Assembly: GCA_026713545.1 (NCBI GenBank)
Contig: JAPOOG010000072.1
Location: 17,411 to 81,410 of the forward strand
Origin: Bryobacterales bacterium
Lineage (GTDB): Bacteria; Acidobacteriota; Terriglobia; Bryobacterales; UBA6623
Length of the DNA: 64,000 nucleotides
Reading direction: 5' to 3'
In this document: piece after piece, positions 20,074 to 29,534 of the stretch
Numbering within the stretch: the stretch's first letter is position 1
How the letters are laid out: each line of letters opens with the position of its first letter
Program-made: the position numbers and the translations under genes
Notes under the pieces: generated by a model
Told to the model about the DNA's origin: nothing
The model's input: only the letters and a program-made list of their open reading frames with translations
Databases searched by the model: none

Positions 20074-21753
20074 TCAGCGCCCGACTCGGATCTCGTCGGG
20101 GGTCAGGAAGCCGTCGGCGTCGGCGTCGATGGCATCGAATCGCCGGCTGAGCTGAGGCGGCGCCTCCTCTCTGCTGATTTTGCCGTCGCCGTCGGCATCG
20201 GAGCGCATCATCCTTGCCGCGCGGTCGCCGCCCCCTCGTCCGCCCATCCGCCCACGCATCGCGGCGAGCTCCTGTTCGTCCAAGAGCCCGTCTCCATTCG
20301 CATCGAGCTGCTCGAAACGCTCCTGCAAACGCGCTGGAACCTCATCGATGCTCAGCTTGCCGTCGCCGTCGGCATCACGCTGGATCCAGGCGCCGCGGCC
20401 TCTGCGCGAGGCTGCGCGCTGCATCATGGTCTCGATCTCGGACGGTTCGACGTAGCCGTCGCCATTCTCGTCCATGCGGTCGAATCGCCGGCGCATCGGC
20501 TCGGGGAGCTCCTCCGGCATGAGGCGGTCGTCGCCGTCGGTGTCCATCGCAAGCAGACGCTCGATCATCCCCTCCGGGTTGCCGAAGCCGCCCGGCCCAA
20601 ACGGCCCTGCTCCCCTGCCGGGCCGGCCGCCGCGTCCGCGCCCGCGGCGGGGGCCGTCGCTGTTGAAGTCCATGCGGCGCGAGACGACGCGGCCGGCGTC
20701 GCGGTTCACGTTCCAGGAAATCAGATACTCCTGGGTGACCGGCCGGCACCACTGCTTCGTGCAAGCGAAGTACCGGATCTTCAGTCCCAGCGGCTCACGC
20801 GCTTCGTCGAGCTTCACGTCAACCAGAAACTCGCGCGGGTCGGCGTCGGCGTCCTCTTTCACATCCGGCCCCTTCATTCTTGTCGGAGAAATCCCGATGC
20901 CTTCCGGCGGCGTCAACTCGACATCCATCGCCGGCGCACGGTTGTTCCAATACACGCCGTGGATCGGATCCGGCAGGATGGTCAAGTAGAGCTTCCCTTC
21001 CCCGGTGCTCAGCAGCTTCCGCTCGGCTTCGGCGCGCAGTTTCGCGTAGAACGGCTCGCTGGTCTTTTCCTGGCGGGGCTCGGTCCGCAAGGTGCGGAAG
21101 AACCCTTGCTTCCGGATGCGCGGAACCACCCCCGTCGGAGCATGATCCGGCGGGGGCTTGATCTTCATGTTCAGTTCCGCAACCTCGGTCGGGTTATCCA
21201 CAGGCCCGACGAATTCCTCGAGATCTTTCCGAAGCTGCGACGGATTGCTCCACGCACGCACGCGCAGCACCTTGCCCTCGGGGTCGAGAAGATACTCGGA
21301 ATTCGGCCGGTCTCCGATGGCGTGCCTGAGATCGTTCGTCATCGTGTCGGCGATCCAGGGAATCTCCGATCCCAAGGTGCGCCTGGCCTCCTGGATGTGC
21401 ATCAGACGCTCTTCGAGCGTCAGCGGATTGACGTAGCCGTTCAGCTCCGGGTGCGCCAGGGCCTTGTAGAGATAGACGAACCGCACTCCTTTCGGCGAAT
21501 AATCCCGATAGATGGTCTCCAACCTGGAGACGTTGCGGATGAACGGCGGTCAGGTCAAACAGCCGTTGACGATGACCGTGTACTTGCCCTTGAGGCTCCG
21601 TGTGTTGAATCTTTTGCCCGCGGCATCGTGGACGTCGATTTCCGGGAATGGATCTCCGGGGGCCAGCGGCATCGGACCGCGATTCTGGGCGGCCCCCGGC
21701 GCGGCCGTCAACAGCATTCCCAGCATGAGCGCCGCGAAATGAGAAGGTTTCAT
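20074..21753 (-). CDS. Putative selenoprotein: signal peptide + deiodinase-like/redoxin CxxU domain + DsbD-alpha-like domain + EF-hand repeats (559 aa with Sec)
   Basis: ORFs 21550..21882 and 20074..21522 are in the same frame across one TGA (21552-21550): VIVNGCLT-U-PPFIRNVSRLETIY...YKALAHP; ATG 21753 follows AGAGAGGT. Confidence 0.82.
21515..21531 (-). promoter_or_regulatory. Candidate bacterial SECIS hairpin
   Basis: GUCUCCA-GGU-UGGAGAC, perfect 7-bp stem starting 18 nt after the UGA, G first in the loop. Confidence 0.65.
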
Positions 21754-22057
21754 CTTTGTGTGCGACCTCTCTCTTCTTGATAACAGCCATTGGCTTGCAT
21801 GGGTGTTAAACACAGGTAAAATTTCCCAGGCTTGCTGCGAAAGTACCTGGATTGGGGGGCAGGAGGTCTCTTGCCGAGCCAATAGGAGTCTTCCGGCGAC
21901 TTTTTCCGCTTCTCAGCATCCATGATCCTGCGCTGCATCCGGCCCGGAAACTCACCCCGCCAGGTAAACCAACTCCCGCGGAATGCTCCGAGGACAAGCA
22001 CAGGGCAGCAGATGGACATGGCTTGACATGATCTGCCTGATCTTCAATCCTGGTCAT

Positions 22058-22297
22058 GTGGAAACCATCGACGCATCCGACTTCAAGGCCCGATGCCTGG
22101 CGATCCTCGATGGCGTGCAGGCTACCGGAGAGCGGGTGGTCATCCTGAAGAGCGGGCGGGCGGTGGCGGAACTACTTCCCGCAAGCCGACCTCATGCCGA
22201 GTTCCCGCAGTTGGAACTCAAGAGGACCGTCATTGAGAGCGGCGACATCGTCGGGCCGGCGGTCCCGGAAGAACACTGGGAAAGCCTCGGGCGATGA
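22058..22297 (+). CDS. Phd/YefM-family antitoxin
   Basis: VETIDASDFKARCLAILDGVQATGERVVILKSGRAVAELLP; TTGACA at 22023 upstream. Confidence 0.8.
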   Translation: METIDASDFKARCLAILDGVQATGERVVILKSGRAVAELLPASRPHAEFPQLELKRTVIESGDIVGPAVPEEHWESLGR

Positions 22298-22430
22298 CGG
22301 CCCTGTCCGACTTCTTTCACGCGATCCGGCAGACCGAATCCTCGTTGCGACCGCCCGGGTACTCGGCGCGACGCTGTTGACGCAGGACCGCAGAATCGTC
22401 GATGCGGCACTGGTCAACACGTCACCCTGA
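22294..22430 (+). pseudogene. Truncated VapC/PIN toxin remnant
   Basis: ATGA overlap with antitoxin, then only the PIN C-terminus DPADRILVATARVLGATLLTQDRRI, out of frame with the ATG. Confidence 0.7.
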
Positions 22431-22532
22431 CCGCAGGTCGGAGAGCGCGACAGCCATGGGCCTCAGCAGCCGACGGCCCTGGCGCTCGGGCGCGGGCATC
22501 GACAATGAAGTCAGGGTCTTAGCACGGCTTCA

Positions 22533-23657
22533 TCACGCACCGCTCTCGGCCACTAGAAACTCGCGCACGCAATCCTCGTTGAGGGTCACGCCCAGTCCGG
22601 GCCGGTCGGGCACGGTGATCAGGCCATCCGAGTCAGCCTGCAACCGCTCGACCGCCAAGTCGTGGCGCAGCGGCGAATCCTCGACGCAGTCCTCGAAGAT
22701 GAACGCGGAGGGCGCCGTGGCCAGCCAGTGCAGACAGGCCGCCACGCTGACGGGCGTCTTGTAGCAATGGTTCACGACTCGTCCCCCCGAGTCCTCGACC
22801 TGGCGGCGTATGACCTGGCCGTCGGTAAAACCGTTTCGCGCCAAGTCGACCTGATAGATGTCCAGGGCATGACGCTTGATCCAGGGATGGTAGGCCCAAC
22901 GGCCGCACTCCCCCTCGCCGGCGGCAATGGGCACCGGCGAACGATCGCGCAGCCACACATAGCCGTCGAGATCATCCTGTGAAAGAGGCTCCTCGAGCCA
23001 GTCGATGTCGAACTCGGCAAACTGGCGCGCACGCCGCAGAGCGGTGCGGGAGTCCCAAACACAGCCGGCGTCTATGAGCACCGTATGGTCGCCGCAACCG
23101 GCGCGGGCGCCGCGGACCAGATCCAGGTCCACCGCTTCCGATGTCCCCATGGGCGCCCATCCGAACTTGACCGCCGTGTAACCGGCCTCGATCCAGCGGC
23201 GTCCGATCTCGCTGGTTTCCGAACCGTCCCGGCCGAACAGGATGGACGCATAGGCGCGAATGCGGTCGTGCCGCTTGCCTCCGAGCAGTTGATGGACCGG
23301 GGCGCCGGCATGTTTTCCCTTCAGGTCCCACAGAGCCAGATCAACCCCGGCCATAGCCGTAATCGCGACGCCGCGCCTTCCGAAATAGATGCAGCCGTGG
23401 TACATCTTGTCCCAGAGCCGTTCCGTGTCGAGAGGATCCTCGCCGATCAACAACTCGCGCAAGCCGCAGACCTCGGAATGACTGAAGGGTGCATCGATAA
23501 CCGCCTGGGCCACTTCCGGGCTGGAATCGACTTCGCCGATACCCTCGAGGCCGGAATCGGTCCGGATGCGGACGAGCAGGGTATCCTGGGTGCCGGCAGT
23601 CTTGTCTTCCACTTGGCGCAGCCGCAGTATCTGAGTGATCACACGTTCAATCTTCAT
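22533..23657 (-). CDS. Mandelate racemase/muconate lactonizing enzyme family protein
   Basis: GVDLALWDLKGK, AVKFG, LIDAG, WLEEP, IAAGEG, VPDRPGLGV. Confidence 0.9.
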   Translation of the reverse strand: MKIERVITQILRLRQVEDKTAGTQDTLLVRIRTDSGLEGIGEVDSSPEVAQAVIDAPFSHSEVCGLRELLIGEDPLDTERLWDKMYHGCIYFGRRGVAITAMAGVDLALWDLKGKHAGAPVHQLLGGKRHDRIRAYASILFGRDGSETSEIGRRWIEAGYTAVKFGWAPMGTSEAVDLDLVRGARAGCGDHTVLIDAGCVWDSRTALRRARQFAEFDIDWLEEPLSQDDLDGYVWLRDRSPVPIAAGEGECGRWAYHPWIKRHALDIYQVDLARNGFTDGQVIRRQVEDSGGRVVNHCYKTPVSVAACLHWLATAPSAFIFEDCVEDSPLRHDLAVERLQADSDGLITVPDRPGLGVTLNEDCVREFLVAESGA

Positions 23658-23839
23658 TTTCAGGATGTTCTTTTGCCGGGCCGGAGGCCACGGCTTGTGA
23701 TAAGCCCAGGTACAAGCTTAACGAACCGGCAGAGGTTTTTTGCGGAGTGGTACGGACTCAGCGGAGGCTTGACAATCTGCAGTCATCTTCTCGTGAGAGG
23801 GCCGAACCGAGCCACCGTGGTACTATCGCCTCATTGCTG

Positions 23840-24439
23840 GTGGGAGGATACATCCTGGTTGGCGGGAAGAGCTCCCGCCTGGGGCAGGACAAGGCGCTGC
23901 TGGAGATCGAGGGGCAGCCGCTTGCCGTCCGCATCGCCGCATGCATGCGGCCGGTGGTCGATTCGGTGACACTCGTCGGACCCGCGGCGAAGTACGGCCG
24001 GCTGGGTCCACGGGTCATTCCCGATGCGGTTGCGGATTTCGGGCCGCTGGGCGGGCTGCTGGCGGCGCTCGAGGACTCGACGCACAAGTGGAGCCTGATC
24101 GCGGCCTGTGATATGCCCTGCGTCACGACGGAACTGTTCCGGTCGCTCGTCGACCGGACGGCGGATTGCTCCGAAGACGTGGTGCTGCCCTATGACGGCG
24201 AGGGACGGCCTGAACCGCTTTGCGCCGCCTACCGATCGACCGCTCGGACCGCAGTCCGGAGGGCGGTCGCAAGCGGCGTACACAAAGTCATGAGAGCGCT
24301 GGACGGTTTGAAGGTGTTGCGACTGATGCCCGCCGACTACGCGGCTGTCGACCCCGATGGCCGCGCTTTCACCAACCTGAATCACCCCGGCGATCTCGAA
24401 CAGGCCGGCCTCGGCGGCAACAGCCGGCGGACGCGATGA
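23840..24439 (+). CDS. mobA: Molybdenum cofactor guanylyltransferase (start uncertain)
   Basis: ILVGGKSSRLGQDKA, GPLGGL, ACDMP, EPLCAAY, FTNLNHPGD. Confidence 0.85.
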   Translation: MGGYILVGGKSSRLGQDKALLEIEGQPLAVRIAACMRPVVDSVTLVGPAAKYGRLGPRVIPDAVADFGPLGGLLAALEDSTHKWSLIAACDMPCVTTELFRSLVDRTADCSEDVVLPYDGEGRPEPLCAAYRSTARTAVRRAVASGVHKVMRALDGLKVLRLMPADYAAVDPDGRAFTNLNHPGDLEQAGLGGNSRRTR

Positions 24440-25599
24440 ACGCTGCACGGACACGCTCTTTCCCGCCTCATCTCGTCCGCACGCGTTTGCGCACCCTCGG
24501 CGGCCGCCGCGTCACACCGCCGTTCCTCACTCTCTACGTGACGACGCGCTGCGACGAGCAGTGCATCCATTGCTACTACTGGGACGAGCTGAACCCCAAG
24601 CCGAACCGCGACTTCACTCTGGAAGAGTTCGACAAGACGCTCGCCTCGATGGGCGAAATCTTCAACCTCTTCATCGGCGGAGGCGAACCTTTCCTGCGCG
24701 CGGACTTGGCCGACATCCTGCTTGCCGCCGCCCGCCGGAACGACGTTGCGAACGTTTACGTTCCGACCAACGGCCAGCACACCGGGCGCACGGTCGAGAT
24801 TCTGGAAGAGACGCTGACAAAAGCACCGGCCATGCGCTTCCATCTGAACCTCAGCGTCGATCACGTCGACGAAGAGATCCATGACCGGATTCGAGGCAAG
24901 ACCCGGGGGCATCAGCGCCTGCTTGAAACGCTCGATGCGATCCGGCCGTTACGGAAGCGGTTCAGCAACCTGATCGTTCACACCCTGACGACGGTGATGA
25001 AAGAGAACCAGAACCGCATCATGGAGATCTATGAAGAGCTGCAACGCCGCTTTCAGCCAGATGGAACTTCGTTCAACTATTGCCGCGGGCATCCGCTCGA
25101 ACCTGAGCAGACCGAAGTCGATCCGGCGATCTACCGGCGGCTGATGGATCGCATGGAGCAGGACTTCAAGGCGGGTCGCATCTCGCACGCCGGCCCAAGC
25201 GAGTACACCGGCGCGAACCACATCCTCGACCAGGAGGTTCGCCGTACCGTCGAGCGGACCGTAGTCCGGCAGCGGGCGCAGTTCTCGTGCGTGTCGGGGC
25301 GGCTGGCCGGCGTCATCTACAGCAACGGCGATGTGACCGAGTGCGAGATCAACAACTCGAAGCTCGGAAATCTGCGTGATGTGGACTACGACTTCCGGCG
25401 TTTGTGGTTTACGGATGAGGCGCGCGAAGTGGCGCACAAGGCCGCGGACGGCTGCTTCTGCACCCACGAATGCGGACACTACGCTTCGACGATCTATCGT
25501 TTCCCGAAAGTGGTGAAGATTGCGGCCAAGGCTTTGGCAGAGCGTCCCCGACTCGAAAAGGGCAACACGTTGGTCGAGCAGGATGGCCCGCAAACTTGA
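24436..25599 (+). CDS. Radical SAM protein with SPASM/twitch-type C-terminus
   Basis: CDEQCIHC, GGEPFLR, CVSGRLAGVIYSNGDVTEC, CFCTHEC; ATGA overlap with mobA. Confidence 0.88.
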   Translation: MNAARTRSFPPHLVRTRLRTLGGRRVTPPFLTLYVTTRCDEQCIHCYYWDELNPKPNRDFTLEEFDKTLASMGEIFNLFIGGGEPFLRADLADILLAAARRNDVANVYVPTNGQHTGRTVEILEETLTKAPAMRFHLNLSVDHVDEEIHDRIRGKTRGHQRLLETLDAIRPLRKRFSNLIVHTLTTVMKENQNRIMEIYEELQRRFQPDGTSFNYCRGHPLEPEQTEVDPAIYRRLMDRMEQDFKAGRISHAGPSEYTGANHILDQEVRRTVERTVVRQRAQFSCVSGRLAGVIYSNGDVTECEINNSKLGNLRDVDYDFRRLWFTDEAREVAHKAADGCFCTHECGHYASTIYRFPKVVKIAAKALAERPRLEKGNTLVEQDGPQT

Positions 25600-26230
25600 G
25601 CTGCAGGTCGCTCTCGACTGCCTGAGGATCGAGGAAGCCCTGTGGCTGATGGAGCAGGTTCACCCGTACGTGGACATCGTCGAGATCGGCACCCCACTGA
25701 TCTTCGAAGCGGGCTTGGCGGCAGTCGAACAGATCAAGTCGCGATATCCGGACAAGAGCTGCGTTGCCGACCTCAAGATCATGGACGCCGGCGGGGTCGA
25801 GGCCAGCAGCGGCTTCAAGCGCGGCGCAGATATCGTAACCATACTCGGTGTCGCAGCCGACGTGACGTTTCAGGCGGCCCTGGAGGCCGCCGCGGACCAC
25901 GGCGGCAAAGTGATGGCCGACCTGATCAATGCTCCCGACCCGATTCGCCGCTGTCGGGAACTCGAGCTGATCGGCGTTCCGATCCTCTGTCTGCACACCG
26001 CTTTCGATCGACAGGGCGTTCAAAAGGCCTATGCACAGCCGCTGGCCGAAGTGCGCCGGCAAACGACGTGCCGGCTTGCTGTCGCCGGAGGCATTACCCT
26101 CGATACCATGCCCGCGGTCATCCAGAACGGCGCCGACGTCGTCATCGTCGGCGGAGCCATTGCCCGCGACCCCAATCCCGGCGAAGCGGCCGCCGCGATG
26201 AAGCAACTCGCCGGGAGCCTGACATCGTGA
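25583..26230 (+). CDS. hxlA: 3-hexulose-6-phosphate synthase
   Basis: LQVALD, IVEIGTPLI, ADLKIMDAGG, AVAGGI, IVGGAI; adjacent to PHI. Confidence 0.85.
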   Translation: MARKLELQVALDCLRIEEALWLMEQVHPYVDIVEIGTPLIFEAGLAAVEQIKSRYPDKSCVADLKIMDAGGVEASSGFKRGADIVTILGVAADVTFQAALEAAADHGGKVMADLINAPDPIRRCRELELIGVPILCLHTAFDRQGVQKAYAQPLAEVRRQTTCRLAVAGGITLDTMPAVIQNGADVVIVGGAIARDPNPGEAAAAMKQLAGSLTS

Positions 26231-26793
26231 ATACCCTGAAAAGGACCCTGGCCGAGATGCAGGCGGAAATCCGCGATTGCCTCGATGCCGTGTCCGATCA
26301 AGCCGTCGAGCAGGCCGTCGAGGACATCCTGTCCGCCGGCAAGATCGTGCTTGCCGCCGCCGGCCGGAGCGGTGCGGCCCTGCGAGCCGGAGCGATCCGG
26401 CTCAGACACCTCGGCCTCGACGCCTACCTGAGCGGCGAGACATCGACTCCTCCCGTCGGTCCCGGCGACTTGCTGATCGCCGGTTCCGGCTCGGGACGCA
26501 CGCAGAGCGTTCTCGCACAAGCCGGGAAGGCCCAACAAGCCGGCACGAGGCTGCTGCTGTTTACTATCGACCCGGCTTCGCCCCTTGCCGAGTCGGCAGA
26601 CACGGTCGTAGTGATTCCCGCCTCCTCGCCGAAAGCCGAAGGTCCGGCTCAGGCCAAAACGTCCATTCAGCCCATGGCCTCACTGTTCGAACAGTGCCTT
26701 TTCCTGTTGATGGATGCAATGGTGATCCTGCTGATGAAGCGGCTCGGAGCGACCTCCGAAGACATGTTCAAGCGCCACGCCAACCTGGAGTGA
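26227..26793 (+). CDS. hxlB: 6-phospho-3-hexuloisomerase
   Basis: SIS fold: AGRSG, GSGSGRT, QPMASLFEQ, C-terminal HANLE; GTGA overlap. Confidence 0.88.
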   Translation: MNTLKRTLAEMQAEIRDCLDAVSDQAVEQAVEDILSAGKIVLAAAGRSGAALRAGAIRLRHLGLDAYLSGETSTPPVGPGDLLIAGSGSGRTQSVLAQAGKAQQAGTRLLLFTIDPASPLAESADTVVVIPASSPKAEGPAQAKTSIQPMASLFEQCLFLLMDAMVILLMKRLGATSEDMFKRHANLE

Positions 26794-27092
26794 GCGATAA
26801 GGCCTAAGTGGCCGCATCGAGCAAGACACCATGAGATGTCCCTATATGAGTTCGCGCTCATCGTGACGAGCGCGCATAGCTCCATCGCGATATGAGCCGG
26901 TAGCGAGAAAGCGGAGCCTCATGACTGCTCCGATGCCGCTGTTCCGACGGTGTTCGACTGCTCGAAGAAGGGATCGGACGGGGATCGATTTTGCGGATCA
27001 CCTGCCCTGCGCAGCCGGACTTGAAGGCCGAATTCAGCGCCGTGCAGCGTGCTAGAGTGATGAGTCACCTCAGCCTTCACTTGCGCCTCGCC

Positions 27093-28973
27093 ATGGATCG
27101 AATCGGACGATACGAGATCGTTTCAGAACTAGGCCGCGGGGCCATGGGAATCGTCTACCGCGCCCACGATACCCGCATCGCGCGGGACGTCGCGATCAAG
27201 ACCATCAAGCTCGCCGATCAAGTGGCCCCTGACGAAATGCAGGGTCTGCGGGAGCGGCTTTTCCGCGAAGCGCAATCCGCCGGCCGGCTCTCCCATCCCG
27301 GTATTGTCACGATTTACGACATTGCCGAGGAAAACGGCATCGCCTACATCACGATGGAGTTCGTCGAGGGCCGCACGCTGGAAGAGTTGATGAATGCCGG
27401 CGAAGTCGGTGACTTGAAAGCCGTCGCACAGTTGGTCGATCAGATGGCGGGGGCTCTCGACTATGCGCATGCGCGGGAGATCGTTCACCGCGACACCAAG
27501 CCCTCGAACATCCTCGTAACGCCCGATGGCCATACCAAGATCACGGACTTCGGCATAGCGCGCATCGAGTCGTCGCAGATGACTCAGACGGGCACGGTGA
27601 TGGGCACGCCCAGCTACATGTCACCGGAGCAGGTACGCGGCGAGTCGATCGACGGACGATCGGACCAGTTCTCTCTCGCGGTGATGGCCTACGAACTGGT
27701 CACGGGGCGCAAGCCGTTCATCGGCGACGGCCTTACGGACGTGATCTTCAAGATCGTATCGGAGAAGCCGGAGCCGCCCAGCGCCATCAACACCGCTCTG
27801 CCTACGGAACTAGACAGAATCATTCTCAAAGGTTTGGCGAAACGCCCCGACGAACGTTTTCGGGATTGTCATGCGTTCGCAGCGGAGTTCAATGCTTGTC
27901 TGGCCGGTTACGAAACAGCGTCAACAATGGGTTCCGCTGCGACCAGGACGACCCTCCGGGAGCCATCTTCCAACATCGTTTCCACGCTCGATAAAACCGC
28001 TCCGATCAGCGGCACATCGACGGTAAAGAGCGGCGAAAAGCAAGAGAGCGTTCTCGCCGATCCCACCGAGGCACACAAGCTGCCGCCCTTGCGTTCAAGA
28101 GCCGCCACGGGGGACGGCGGCGCGCCGAGTTCCCAGGACGAGCCGTCCCCGCGCAGGAGGCGCGCCCGCTTCGTGCTCGTAGCCTCGTTGGCCACGATAC
28201 TGGGCGTTGCAGCCACGGCGATCGCCATGAACCCATGGTTGCTGGACGACCCGGTGGGATTGTTGGGGCTGGTCGCCGCCGACATTCTCGAACAGGTCGA
28301 GTCAACTCCCGAAAAGGACGCTGGCGCCCCTAGTGAACCTGAAACCAGAATCAGCAGCTTGAGCAAGTCTGCGCCCGCGATAAGCAGGGGTGCGTTGGGT
28401 CAGGTCCAGTCAACCGCACAGAGTTTGGACAACCCCGCTGTCGTCAAAGAGGTCGAAGAGCCCAGTCCACCGCCGCCGGAAGAACCCTCCGAGACGGAGG
28501 AGGAGGCCGAAGCCGTCGAGAAGACCCTTCCGGCGCGTCCGGACGCGCCGTCGAGCGTGGTCGTCTCTTTCGCAGGCCAGCCCGGCGGAGCCACGGTCGT
28601 CGTTGACCAAAGCGAGGAATGGACTTGCACATCGCCCTGCAACGTGGAAGTGCCGCCCGGCGATCATGCAGCAAATATTACTTTGGACGGATACTTCCCG
28701 CACCGAAGAGCGTTCACGGTGGATTCAGACCCGTTGAAGGTGCACTTCTCGTTGGAGGAAATTCTGGGCACCCTCAATGTAACAACCGAGCCTTCCGGGG
28801 CCGCGATCTACGTAAATGGCAAAAAGCGCCCGGAAACCACGCCCGGCAGGATCAAGTTGCCTCCCGGAAAACATGTTGTGCGCGTCGAGAGCAAGGGGAA
28901 AACTCCGCTCCAGCGGACCATCGAGATCGAGCCCAATACACTAAGATCGATCCGATTCGCTTGGGGCAGATAG
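27093..28973 (+). CDS. Hanks-type Ser/Thr protein kinase with TM and C-terminal PEGA domains
   Basis: LGRGAMGIVY, VAIK, HRDTKPSN, DFG, GTPSYMSPE; TM; VTTEPSGAAIYVNG. Confidence 0.92.
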   Translation: MDRIGRYEIVSELGRGAMGIVYRAHDTRIARDVAIKTIKLADQVAPDEMQGLRERLFREAQSAGRLSHPGIVTIYDIAEENGIAYITMEFVEGRTLEELMNAGEVGDLKAVAQLVDQMAGALDYAHAREIVHRDTKPSNILVTPDGHTKITDFGIARIESSQMTQTGTVMGTPSYMSPEQVRGESIDGRSDQFSLAVMAYELVTGRKPFIGDGLTDVIFKIVSEKPEPPSAINTALPTELDRIILKGLAKRPDERFRDCHAFAAEFNACLAGYETASTMGSAATRTTLREPSSNIVSTLDKTAPISGTSTVKSGEKQESVLADPTEAHKLPPLRSRAATGDGGAPSSQDEPSPRRRRARFVLVASLATILGVAATAIAMNPWLLDDPVGLLGLVAADILEQVESTPEKDAGAPSEPETRISSLSKSAPAISRGALGQVQSTAQSLDNPAVVKEVEEPSPPPPEEPSETEEEAEAVEKTLPARPDAPSSVVVSFAGQPGGATVVVDQSEEWTCTSPCNVEVPPGDHAANITLDGYFPHRRAFTVDSDPLKVHFSLEEILGTLNVTTEPSGAAIYVNGKKRPETTPGRIKLPPGKHVVRVESKGKTPLQRTIEIEPNTLRSIRFAWGR

Positions 28974-29207
28974 CGTTGTGAAGGGCGAGGGAGTCCGATA
29001 AAATCCCGCTTTTCACGCTCCCCGGCTTTCACGGTATGCAATAATGGGGCGACGTAAGCAGCTCGTCCTGGGCTGCCTGACTGTTTCTCGCGGAATCGAA
29101 GGACGCCCTCTCGCACTCCACGAATTCGCCGGCGATAGATTAAGCAGCCCGGAGCGAGCCACCCCGAACAGAAGTGAGTACTCAAGTGAGCACTCAGGAG
29201 TTTTGAA

Positions 29208-29423
29208 GTGAGAGAGCAAGGCACTGTAAAGTGGTTCAACGACGCCAAGGGATTCGGATTCATCCAGCGCGCGAGCGGAGAGGATGTGTTCGTACATTTC
29301 TCGGCTATTCAAGCTGAAGGATACCGCAGCCTCCAAGAGGGATCGGAAGTCGAGTTCGACGTGCAACAAGGCCCAAAGGGCCTGCAAGCCGTCAACGTGA
29401 TGCCCCGAGGAGCCAGCGAATGA
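29208..29423 (+). CDS. Cold-shock protein (CspA family)
   Basis: [31 protein letters not shown]; AGGAG RBS. Confidence 0.95.
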   Translation: MREQGTVKWFNDAKGFGFIQRASGEDVFVHFSAIQAEGYRSLQEGSEVEFDVQQGPKGLQAVNVMPRGASE

Positions 29424-29534
29424 GGGATGGGATTGGGTAGGCGCCCCCCCATCGCTTCGGGAATCGAGTTAACAGGGAATCGAGTCAGGCTACGTTTGGA
29501 AGACAGACGGAACCCTGTCCAGCCAACTACCAAG

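Noticed and set aside
20080-20560. Repeated GCCGTCGCCGTCGGCATC-like DNA units
   Set aside because: They encode EF-hand loops (DADGDG); not a CRISPR or non-coding repeat
21550-21552. TGA as a simple nonsense mutation or alternative genetic code
   Set aside because: It falls exactly at the catalytic position of a CxxU-PPF motif with a hairpin downstream, and many other genes here use TGA as a normal stop
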